Shown: positions 7,817 through 15,914 of the stretch, in pieces
Numbering within the stretch: position 1 is the stretch's first letter
Layout of the letters: the number at the start of each line of letters is the position of its first letter
Source of the DNA: Candidatus Izemoplasmatales bacterium
GTDB taxonomy: Bacteria; Bacillota_I; Bacilli_A; Izemoplasmatales; Hujiaoplasmataceae
Direction: 5' to 3'
Assembly (NCBI GenBank): GCA_050177605.1
Contig: JBFXGX010000031.1
Location: 1-18,458 of the forward strand
Length of the DNA: 18,458 nt
Translations under genes and position numbers: made by a program
The notes under the pieces: model-generated
What the model was told of the DNA's origin: nothing
What the model saw: only the letters and a program-made list of their open reading frames with translations
Database searches by the model: none

Positions 7817-7951
7817 GATTTTTATAGGATGACAGTATTCACCATGAGAAAATGGTTTAATAAAACAACTACCAGTTGATATTATTCAAATAACAAGTGG
7901 TGGTTTTATTTGATTGTTTGGCTTATAATAGAGTCGAAAGGTGGTTAAAAC

Positions 7952-8740
7952 ATGATTAACAATATAGAAATAGGACAATTTATTCAAAATAAGCGCAAAG
8001 CATTATCCTTAACACAAAAAGATTTAGCGATGCTTTTATCGGTGACGCCCCAAGCAGTTTCCAAATGGGAGACTGGAGAAACATTACCTGACACAGCCAT
8101 ATTACTTGATTTAGCGAGTGCATTAGAAACAACAGTTGACCGTATTTTACTTGGAGGTATTGTGATAGCTAAAAAACATAAACGAATTGATATTCCAGGA
8201 ATCATCGAAGGATTAGCATCAATTGCGAATTTAAAAGTATACTTTGGTGAAAACTCAACTTTTTACTTAGGCGCGATAGAAGGTATCAATAAGTTGATGA
8301 ATATCGATTTTGAAAAAGATTATCAAGATACTTACTCAAGAGATGTCTTAATTTCAGAAGTCATCATTCAATATTTGATTGACGGTTATTTTACGACCAA
8401 AGAAGAAGTTGAAACTTACGTGCATTCGGATAAAATGAAAAATATTATTTTTCGCTATATTGGTGAAGAAAGTAAAATCAAATTACTTCATTATCAAGAT
8501 GATCCTTCCTTATTCGAAAAGATTCGTGTATTAGAACCAGAGTTTAGTCATTTAGAGGTATTAAATCAATTACCTGGAGAATTTTTAAGACTAGATAAAA
8601 CAAAGAACTACTGGGCATCTGAAATTGACACAACAAAAGGATTTTGTTATGGCATCGCCGTCGATGAATCTACGATATTAGTGGTAAGTTATGAGTTTGG
8701 TGGAACCAATGTAAAAATGGTCCATCAAGTCCCACGGTAA
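7952..8740 (+). CDS. XRE family HTH transcriptional regulator with uncharacterised C-terminal region
   Basis: IGQFIQNKRKALSLTQKDLA.LLSVTPQAVSKWETGETLPD is a canonical HTH_3 signature. AAGGTGG RBS. Confidence 0.9.
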   Translation: MINNIEIGQFIQNKRKALSLTQKDLAMLLSVTPQAVSKWETGETLPDTAILLDLASALETTVDRILLGGIVIAKKHKRIDIPGIIEGLASIANLKVYFGENSTFYLGAIEGINKLMNIDFEKDYQDTYSRDVLISEVIIQYLIDGYFTTKEEVETYVHSDKMKNIIFRYIGEESKIKLLHYQDDPSLFEKIRVLEPEFSHLEVLNQLPGEFLRLDKTKNYWASEIDTTKGFCYGIAVDESTILVVSYEFGGTNVKMVHQVPR

Positions 8741-8750
8741 TAGAACAAAA

Positions 8751-8785
8751 AAAGAAAGCTCGTTGACAATGAGCTTTTTCTTTTC
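8751..8785 (+). terminator. Intrinsic terminator
   Basis: AAAGCTCGTTG / CAATGAGCTTT hairpin followed by a T-rich tail. Confidence 0.75.
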
Positions 8786-8877
8786 AATAACATTATACTA
8801 TCTGTTTGATTTCAGTTATAATAGAACTGTAATCGATAATTCAAACGACATCATATTATTTTTAGGGGGAACTAACA

Positions 8878-9384
8878 ATGAAATATTATATTAAACAAAA
8901 AGTGTTTTCATTTACAAGTCAATTTGATATCACCAACGATCGCCAAGAACCGCTCTACCACGTTTCCGGTCATTTCATGTCCATCACGAATAAACTAGAA
9001 CTCCTCAATAATCGTGGTGAGATTCTACTACGTTCCAACCGTCAATTATTTACATTATTACCGAAATATTGGGTATATTCACAAAACGGTGAAGTCCTTG
9101 GGACAATGAAGAAACGATTCTCTATTCGTCCGAACTTCGACATCAATTTTAAGAATCACGATTACCGCGTAGAAGGCGATTTTCTGGCTCATTCATATGT
9201 CATCACGGATGGCCGCGAAAATGTCGCATATCTATCAAAAAAGTATTTTGCATGGGGAGATACCTATGAGATTGATATCCGTGATGATGAAAATCTAGAA
9301 TTCTGGTTATTTGTTGTCATCATTATTGATCAAGTTTTGTTCCAAAACAGAGGCGGGGTTACTTCGTCAAACTTTAATAACTAA
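8878..9384 (+). CDS. LURP-one-related (tubby C-terminal-like, YxjI-type) protein
   Basis: MKYYIKQKVFSF...FDI, VEGDFLAHSY.I and SKKYFAWGDTYEIDI are typical of this family. AGGGGG RBS. Confidence 0.88.
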   Translation: MKYYIKQKVFSFTSQFDITNDRQEPLYHVSGHFMSITNKLELLNNRGEILLRSNRQLFTLLPKYWVYSQNGEVLGTMKKRFSIRPNFDINFKNHDYRVEGDFLAHSYVITDGRENVAYLSKKYFAWGDTYEIDIRDDENLEFWLFVVIIIDQVLFQNRGGVTSSNFNN

Positions 9385-9421
9385 TAAAAAATGAGTCCAA
9401 ATTTTTTGGACTCTTTTTTTT
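9385..9421. terminator. Bidirectional intrinsic terminator between convergent genes
   Basis: A run, GAGTCCAAA / TTTGGACTC stem, T run. Confidence 0.85.
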
Positions 9422-10925
9422 ATACTCGCTTATAACATGTATAGCTTTTGAGGGCTTGTGTTTGAGGTTTGACAACCATAAAGGATTTTGGTTTTAGCTT
9501 CACTGATAATAAAGCTGCTTTTAATTCTTTTGGTAATTGATCACCTAACACACTGATGAAACCAGAATAATTCATTAGTCTTGAATCTGGCACAAGAAGT
9601 GTGTCTTCAACCATATTCTCAGTTGGATTCACAACAACGATAATGGTTTCAGATACTTCATCAGTTCTTCTAATAAAGGAGGTTAGTTTTTCGGATACGA
9701 TTTGTTCATAATCACCGATGCGTAACGCTCTTTCATGATTATGCATTTGAATGAGTAATTTCGTAAAGTTCAGTTCTTCATTTGTTTCACTCACTAAATC
9801 CCATCGCATCGGTGCACGGTTCATTGGATCATCGACGCCATCCATACCAAGTTCAGAACCGTAATATAAATTAGGGCTACCTGGTAATGTAAATTGCAAT
9901 ACTCGAGCCAGGCGCATTTCATCAACATTAGGTAGTAAAGATGAAAGCCTTGGCGTATCATGATTGTCGAGTAAATTCCATGATTTTAATATGCCTTCGA
10001 TGCCAGAATTCGTTATTACATTATTGAACATTTCAGAAGCAATTCTAGGTGAAATATCGCCGCGGATTAACTTCAAAATGATTTCTCTAAAGGTAAAGTT
10101 CATCACACCATCAATTGATTTTAACCATTTGCGAGGATAATTCCAGATTTCACCGATGATAATTGAACTAGGTTTTTCAAGATGAGCAGAAGTGGTTAAT
10201 TCTTTTAGGTACTCGAATCCAATATCAAATGCAACATCGAGTCGCCATCCGTCAATCCCATTTCTTAAATAACTACGAATGACGGAGTCTTTTGCTTTGT
10301 AGATGTAATCTCTAACTTCAGGATTTTCAAGGTTGAGTTCTGGTAAGCTTGAAGTATCCGCCCACATTCTAACCTTTGATGGATACAGATCATTAAAATC
10401 AAACCAATCATGTTTCTTAGAGAGCGGGTCTTTTGCCTCTAAAAATAAAGGAGAAGTAACACCAACATGATTAAAGACACCATCAAGGACAATTTTCATT
10501 CCTAAATGATGGATTTCTTCGGTAAGTTGATATAAGTCTTCCATTGTTCCATATTCCTTAGAGATTTTAAGATAATCACTCGCATCATATTTGTGATTGC
10601 TTAACGAGTCGACAATTGGATTTAAATAGACGCCTTGAACGCCTAAATTCTTAATATAATCTAGTTTTGCCTTTAAGCTAGCTAAATCCCCACCCCAATA
10701 CTCTAGTTCATGAGACCAATAACCTACTTCTTTTACAAAGTGACCAGGTCTTGGCGTTTCACTCCATGATTTTAATGTTTTAGGAAATGCATAGAGTTCT
10801 TTCTTTGATTCTAAATCAAGGGTCGGCGCAAACCGATCGACCAAGACTTGATAGATGATTGATCCATTTCGCCAATCGGCTTCTCTTTGTTCAAATATGG
10901 AAGGACTGATATTATTTTTCTTCAT
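9420..10925 (-). CDS. GH13 alpha-amylase family glycosidase (cyclomaltodextrinase/neopullulanase-like catalytic domain)
   Basis: IYQVLVDRF, GGDL, NHKYDASDY, LDGVFNHVG, DGWRLDVA (nucleophile), GEIW (acid/base) and LDNHD. No signal peptide. Confidence 0.93.
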   Translation of the reverse strand: MKKNNISPSIFEQREADWRNGSIIYQVLVDRFAPTLDLESKKELYAFPKTLKSWSETPRPGHFVKEVGYWSHELEYWGGDLASLKAKLDYIKNLGVQGVYLNPIVDSLSNHKYDASDYLKISKEYGTMEDLYQLTEEIHHLGMKIVLDGVFNHVGVTSPLFLEAKDPLSKKHDWFDFNDLYPSKVRMWADTSSLPELNLENPEVRDYIYKAKDSVIRSYLRNGIDGWRLDVAFDIGFEYLKELTTSAHLEKPSSIIIGEIWNYPRKWLKSIDGVMNFTFREIILKLIRGDISPRIASEMFNNVITNSGIEGILKSWNLLDNHDTPRLSSLLPNVDEMRLARVLQFTLPGSPNLYYGSELGMDGVDDPMNRAPMRWDLVSETNEELNFTKLLIQMHNHERALRIGDYEQIVSEKLTSFIRRTDEVSETIIVVVNPTENMVEDTLLVPDSRLMNYSGFISVLGDQLPKELKAALLSVKLKPKSFMVVKPQTQALKSYTCYKRV

Positions 10926-11024
10926 TTTAACGCTCCTACGAAGTGACCTTACTACTATTATACTACAATTAATAGTCCTAGCAAGAATGTAACTTATTTA
11001 CATTTATAAAAGAAAAAGGTTAGC

Positions 11025-12068
11025 TTAACGGCTAACCTTTTGATGTTTAAAAACCCAGTGTTTTTGTACTTTATAACTCACAATGACAATCGATAAATCG
11101 ACGACGGCCTTGATCAATGTAATATTGATAGGAAGGAGTCCGATGAAGTAAACGAGTAAAGTAGAAGTACCTAAGATGGAAAGATAGAGAATAATGTATT
11201 TGAAGAGTTCCTTGTGTACAGGATTACGACTTTTGAAACTCCAAATTTTGTTCATTATGAAATTATAGATTCCAGAGATGACTCTAGCAATCACAGTCGC
11301 AATTAAGACAACTTCTAATAGATGTTTTGCGTAATAGGAATTGATCAAGGTAAACACTGTAAGATCAATTGCTGCACTACTGAGTCCAATCAGTAAGAAA
11401 CGAAGAGGCACTTTATAGATTCTTAATGAATCTAAGATTGGCTTAAAATGAGAACTCGAATTGTTATCTAAATAGACCGTTTCAATCGGAACTTGAATAA
11501 TCTCTTTTCTGGTTTTTGCGACACTTAACAAAAAGTTCATCTCATAGTCGTATCGATTTTCTTCAATCGATAACGCATCTTCAAATAATCCTTTGGGAAT
11601 TCCTCTGAGTCCTGTTTGCGTATCATAGACAGAAACGCCAGTAGATAACTTAAAGTACATCCTTGAGAAACTATTGCCAAATCTGCTTTTCGGTGGAACT
11701 TTATCAGAGGAAAAATCTCTGGCACCGATTGTTAGATCACCTGGATATTCTGTTAAACTTTGATCGACTTTGAGAATATCTGTGACGAGATGTTGACCAT
11801 CTGCGTCACAAGTTATGATGCCATCTACTTGAGGAATTTTCTTGAGGATTTCTTTGATTCCTGTTTTAATTGCGGCACCTTTTCCCTTGTTTACTGGATG
11901 GGTGAAGATCGTAGCGCCTAACAAAGCACACTCATTAAAAATGGATTCTTTATCTCTATTTGAGCCATCATTAACAATAAAAACCTGTTTTTTTTCTTTT
12001 ATCAAGGATGAAACAAGTTGTGATAAATCTTTTACTGGCTCATAAGCTGGAATTAAAATTACATTCAT
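11025..12068 (-). CDS. Bifunctional GT2 glycosyltransferase / GtrA-family flippase-like protein
   Basis: LIPAYEP, VNDGS, NKGKGAAIKTG, CDADGQH, DTQTGLRG, then a 4-TM GtrA-like tail (YNFIMNKIWSF...QKHWVF). Confidence 0.92.
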   Translation of the reverse strand: MNVILIPAYEPVKDLSQLVSSLIKEKKQVFIVNDGSNRDKESIFNECALLGATIFTHPVNKGKGAAIKTGIKEILKKIPQVDGIITCDADGQHLVTDILKVDQSLTEYPGDLTIGARDFSSDKVPPKSRFGNSFSRMYFKLSTGVSVYDTQTGLRGIPKGLFEDALSIEENRYDYEMNFLLSVAKTRKEIIQVPIETVYLDNNSSSHFKPILDSLRIYKVPLRFLLIGLSSAAIDLTVFTLINSYYAKHLLEVVLIATVIARVISGIYNFIMNKIWSFKSRNPVHKELFKYIILYLSILGTSTLLVYFIGLLPINITLIKAVVDLSIVIVSYKVQKHWVFKHQKVSR

Positions 12069-12069
12069 T

Positions 12070-12456
12070 TTACTTCACCACAAATCTTACTTTAAGTTCG
12101 TAGATAAAAGACACAACGAGGAGTAAAATACCCATATAGAAGAAGTAAGGAACGAACATATTTGAATTTCCGTAAATGTCAAATACTCCATGTAGGATAC
12201 TTCCAACAGCTAATGTTGAAACACCCATTTGCCATATAGAAAGTGAAATAGAATTCGATGGTTTTGTAAAATAATCAAAAAGACACCGAACGCCGCCAAT
12301 CCCAAGAGGGAACAGAAATGCATAGGTCATATAATAAGATGTCACACCATGAGCGAAAATGTTATAGATGAATTGAAACAAGACTAAGAACAAAGCGAAT
12401 GATAGATAACCAATCATTGCTTTCGAAAGTAATTTAGTATCTTTTGATGTAGACAC
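12070..12456 (-). CDS. Conserved 4-TM membrane protein of the NAGPA-GT2/GtrA operon
   Basis: Hydrophobic ORF (FAHGVTSYYM, GSILHGVFDIYG) overlapping the upstream stop. GAGGTG RBS spacing favours GTG 12456 over 12462. Confidence 0.75.
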   Translation of the reverse strand: MSTSKDTKLLSKAMIGYLSFALFLVLFQFIYNIFAHGVTSYYMTYAFLFPLGIGGVRCLFDYFTKPSNSISLSIWQMGVSTLAVGSILHGVFDIYGNSNMFVPYFFYMGILLLVVSFIYELKVRFVVK

Positions 12457-13477
12457 AATCACTCACCTCACGTTCTGAACCTTGACTAGGCGTGTTAATC
12501 ACTTTTCCATCAAAATACATTGTCGCAGAACCGCCGCCGTCCCAGTTATAAGCTTGAGTGCAACCAAGGCTGGCCATAATATCCGCTAACTCTTCAATAT
12601 CAACGCCAGAAGAAATGGTTGTACGTCCATCAACGACGACAAATAAGTAATGATAATTATCTAAATAGCCAAAAGCAGTTCTAGGGTTATTTACTTTATC
12701 TCGATCCAGGCCATCATTCACATCCGCCACACTAACATCATCGATGATTAATGGTGGACCAAAGGACCATAACTGCCACGCTGCAGCATTTAACACTGTA
12801 TTCACATTAGAAGAAGCAGTTTCTTTAAAAATATCGACGCTTCCATCTTCATAGAGGACGACATCATATCGATAGCTAATCGTTGAACGAAGTACCATTC
12901 CATTGCGAATGACAAAACCTGTTTCATAATGTGTTGCATAATCTGCATTGACGGCGAACACTGCATCGTGGTCTTCCGCCATGGTTGAAACGGTTTGTAC
13001 ATAATTGGTACCACCAAAATTATTATAGGCAAGTGCAGTTAATACTTGATAGGCATCCCGCACAACAACATCCGCCACAAAGACATCCGAACTATAGAGT
13101 CGAATCTTATAGACATTCACTAATGAATACTCGGATTCAAAACTTCCGATTAACGAAGCAGGGGTTAATAAAGAAGGTGTCTCTCCTGGATAACTTAATA
13201 CAGAAGCAGTGGTCGTTGTCGTAGTGGTTGGTACTGTTGTACCACTACCATCGGTTGAAGAGGTCGTTTCCGAAGTCGTTGTTGATGTAGTCGTTGTTGT
13301 AATGACGGGGTCATCAACGTAGAATCCACCATGAGGAATGACAAATTGATATAATAACACAAATGATGAAAATAAAAAAAGCACAGTATAAAAAACGGCT
13401 AATAGCCTAAAGGTCATACTAGTCTTCATAAGTTGATACCTGATACTGTTGTAATGTGTGGTTTGTAAGCATTGCAT
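12434..13477 (-). CDS. Phosphodiester glycosidase (NAGPA/DUF2233) family membrane-anchored protein
   Basis: N-terminal TM anchor, Thr/Ser-rich linker, and motifs AVNADY, SFGPPLI, NPRTAFG, VVVDGR, AYNWDGGGS, REVSD. Confidence 0.9.
   Translation of the reverse strand: MQCLQTTHYNSIRYQLMKTSMTFRLLAVFYTVLFLFSSFVLLYQFVIPHGGFYVDDPVITTTTTSTTTSETTSSTDGSGTTVPTTTTTTTASVLSYPGETPSLLTPASLIGSFESEYSLVNVYKIRLYSSDVFVADVVVRDAYQVLTALAYNNFGGTNYVQTVSTMAEDHDAVFAVNADYATHYETGFVIRNGMVLRSTISYRYDVVLYEDGSVDIFKETASSNVNTVLNAAAWQLWSFGPPLIIDDVSVADVNDGLDRDKVNNPRTAFGYLDNYHYLFVVVDGRTTISSGVDIEELADIMASLGCTQAYNWDGGGSATMYFDGKVINTPSQGSEREVSDCVYIKRY
13201..13305 (-). repeat. Low-complexity Thr/Ser-rich linker (ACN codon runs)
   Basis: Encodes TTTTTSTTTSETTSSTDGSGTTVPTTTTTTTAS with mixed synonymous codons. 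Confidence 0.8.
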
Positions 13478-13504
13478 GGAGTCCTTTCTGCCTTTGTTAA
13501 TTTA

Positions 13505-13538
13505 ATTATATTGTCTCTCTATGAGAAACACGTGAGAA
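13505..13538 (-). promoter_or_regulatory. Promoter with TTCTCA-N5-TTCTCA direct repeat in place of a -35 (OmpR/PhoB-type box)
   Basis: Minus strand reads TTCTCA CGTGT TTCTCA (13538-13522), 11 bp, TATAAT (13510-13505). Confidence 0.6.
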
Positions 13539-13578
13539 AATGATGATTTTATAGGGGGATGATTTATGAAGGAATACC

Positions 13579-14514
13579 TTATTTAATAATGATTTCAAAA
13601 CGATCAATTGTTTTCCTAATTGTATCTTTTAAGTATTCCGGGTAGTCTTTATGTAGTAGACTTTTGAGTAAGTCTAATTGATTAACTGCTTTTTGATTGT
13701 GAAGTAACGTTACTGCGTTTCTTAACAAAAGATTTTTACCCTTCCATAAATAGGCCATCGAATGATACTTTTCCTCAAACTGTTTTGAGCTTAGGTTGAC
13801 TAGATCACTCAAATGGACATACTCTTTTCCAGAGATATCAAAGTCATGATGACTTACTTCTTGTAAATCTTTATTCTTTGGACAGACAAGTTGACAAATG
13901 TCACAGCCAAAAAGTAAATAGTTTTTACTGATTTCATCTATCGATAAAACACGTTTTTCTTGATTGTAAGATGAAATACAATGGTCTCTGATATAACCAT
14001 CTTCAGATAACGCTTTTCCTGGACAGGCATCGATACATTTTGTACAAGTACCACAAGTATCTGTAATCAAGGAGCGAGGGTGGTTTTCAAACACTTGATT
14101 GATGACTAGTAATCCAAGAAAATGATAAGTTCCAGCATTTTTACGAATGATGAGTTGATTTTTACCAAGGTATCCAATTCCCGAAAGTTCTGCAGCGAGT
14201 CGCTCATCAAGCGGATGATTATCGACATACATTTTATATTCTAGAGGAATAGATGACATGGCTTCTTGCATTCTTTTCTTTAAAGCAATGTGGTAATCAA
14301 GGCCAAACGTATAATTAGAACTAATAAATGAATCACCTTGATGTTTTACCAACCGTTTAGGATAGGACAAGGAAACAACAAAAATCGAAGGATATTCCAC
14401 GCTCACTTCATGATGATATCTTTTGATTATTTCTTCTTCATATACCTTACTGGAGAGGTACCTAGCATCATCAAAATAGGCTAATAAACGATCGAGGACA
14501 AGAGATAGCTTCAT
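13579..14514 (-). CDS. queG: Epoxyqueuosine reductase
   Basis: YTFGLDYH, VDNHPLDERLAAELSGIGYLGKN, 4Fe-4S motifs CGTCTKCIDACP and GCDICQLVCP, and LLRNA. Confidence 0.88.
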   Translation of the reverse strand: MKLSLVLDRLLAYFDDARYLSSKVYEEEIIKRYHHEVSVEYPSIFVVSLSYPKRLVKHQGDSFISSNYTFGLDYHIALKKRMQEAMSSIPLEYKMYVDNHPLDERLAAELSGIGYLGKNQLIIRKNAGTYHFLGLLVINQVFENHPRSLITDTCGTCTKCIDACPGKALSEDGYIRDHCISSYNQEKRVLSIDEISKNYLLFGCDICQLVCPKNKDLQEVSHHDFDISGKEYVHLSDLVNLSSKQFEEKYHSMAYLWKGKNLLLRNAVTLLHNQKAVNQLDLLKSLLHKDYPEYLKDTIRKTIDRFEIIIK

Positions 14515-14636
14515 TTTGTCACGTCCTTTCGTTAAATAAAGTATACCATAAGTTACTCATTTTCCTTGTAAAAGAGTTGAAAAAGGGAAGAAATTAAGTG
14601 ACATATTATGCTATAATGAACCTAGAGGTGATGGAG

Positions 14637-15914
14637 ATGTTGTTAAAAGATAAATTATATCAAATGATTGGCTATATGTTATTTATTCTCGTACCTTTTT
14701 TCGCGGGTCTTGTGATTGTATTTCGAGATATGAATTCGAGTCATGTAGAAGTGTATACCGTAGTGATTGATGTCGCAGTCCTCTGGGTTTTTTCGATGAT
14801 CCTGGCTTTTGGAAATGGGAAATGGTTACCAGCAGTTTCAAGACTTGATTTAAAGTATTTGCTCTTTGGACTTATCGGAAACATGATTATCTATTTTTAT
14901 ACCTTTCAAAATGCTTTAGAAATTCGTCAATTCGTAACAATCTATCTCGTCATTTTGCTCATTCTTTTCAGCAAATATCTCCTTTTTGATCGTATATTTA
15001 AACACAAGGAATTATGGGTTTCGATGATTGTATTTTTTGTTGTCGATTTCATTAATCTGCTTTTCCATTGTGGTTTTTATGAGGGAAGTTGCGTGCTTAA
15101 TCGAACCAGTGAAATCATTCTATTCATGATCAATCTTCTTATGTTTATCTATCTGTTTGGTAGTTTTATTTATCAAATCTACAAGTATAAACATTTTACA
15201 GTCTTAAAAATCATTCATTTTACTTTGTTTATTATCCTAGTTCAGTTCTTTTTAAGACTTCCTAATGGAGATTTATCAAACAAATTCTATCTAACAGTGA
15301 TGATTCTCGTACCATTTTTGATTGTCTGTGATTATATCTATCATTTTGTGACAAAACAATATTATCGTGAATTAACCTTCTTCTATATCCGTACTCTTAC
15401 ACTTCTATTCATCGCTTTCTTTTTAGGGGAACAAGATTTCTTTTCTGTTGACCCAGACGGAACGGTCCTATCGATGATGGTCGTCGCAACCTATGTGATC
15501 TTCTTTATTCATCTATTCCCAGAAAGAAAAGAAGAAGTGACGAAGGAAATGATTTTAGAAAAAGTGAATGTGGCTCAGAAATTAACGCAATTTGATGATT
15601 TATGGACACCGAAGATTATTGGTGAGTTAAATCAATCTTATGTAAAAATAGCGAAAATTGAGGGCGAGTTTATCTGGCATAAACACGATAAAGAAGACGA
15701 ATTATTTTATTGTCTTGAAGGGGAAGTTATACTAGAATTAAAAGAACAGAAGATCATTTTGAAAAAAGGTGAAATGTTCATCGTTCCAAAAGGAGTGTTG
15801 CATAAACCATCAAGCGTTGGTGTATCCTCGATAATGATGATTGAATTAAAAACCACTAAAAATACGGGAAATATACAAAATGAACTTACAAAAACAGCGT
15901 TGGAGAAAATCTAG
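14637..15914 (+). CDS. Polytopic membrane protein fused to a C-terminal cupin domain
   Basis: GAGGTG RBS at 14625-14630 favours ATG 14637, and TGCTATAAT lies at 14609-14617. About 10 TM segments, then WTPKIIGELN..VKIAKIEGEFIWHKHDKEDELF...GEMFIVPKGVLHKP (cupin metal motif). Confidence 0.8.
   Translation: MLLKDKLYQMIGYMLFILVPFFAGLVIVFRDMNSSHVEVYTVVIDVAVLWVFSMILAFGNGKWLPAVSRLDLKYLLFGLIGNMIIYFYTFQNALEIRQFVTIYLVILLILFSKYLLFDRIFKHKELWVSMIVFFVVDFINLLFHCGFYEGSCVLNRTSEIILFMINLLMFIYLFGSFIYQIYKYKHFTVLKIIHFTLFIILVQFFLRLPNGDLSNKFYLTVMILVPFLIVCDYIYHFVTKQYYRELTFFYIRTLTLLFIAFFLGEQDFFSVDPDGTVLSMMVVATYVIFFIHLFPERKEEVTKEMILEKVNVAQKLTQFDDLWTPKIIGELNQSYVKIAKIEGEFIWHKHDKEDELFYCLEGEVILELKEQKIILKKGEMFIVPKGVLHKPSSVGVSSIMMIELKTTKNTGNIQNELTKTALEKI

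Noticed and set aside
8878..9384. Nine of ten Arg codons are CGN in the LURP-one gene, while AGA is common in neighbours
   Set aside because: Sample too small to infer horizontal transfer, and no mobility signatures flank it.
1616..13224. Shadow ORFs in the track (1616-1921, 3882-4109, 4212-4481, 4828-5052, 5062-5352, 7984-8205, 11537-11725, 11842-12045, 12802-13032, 12985-13224)
   Set aside because: All lie within or largely overlap well-supported genes, antisense or out of frame, and show no recognisable motifs.
14515..14600. Possible preQ1 or cobalamin riboswitch upstream of queG
   Set aside because: An extended -10 (TGGTATACT on the minus strand) sits close to the RBS, leaving a very short leader, and no aptamer consensus is visible.
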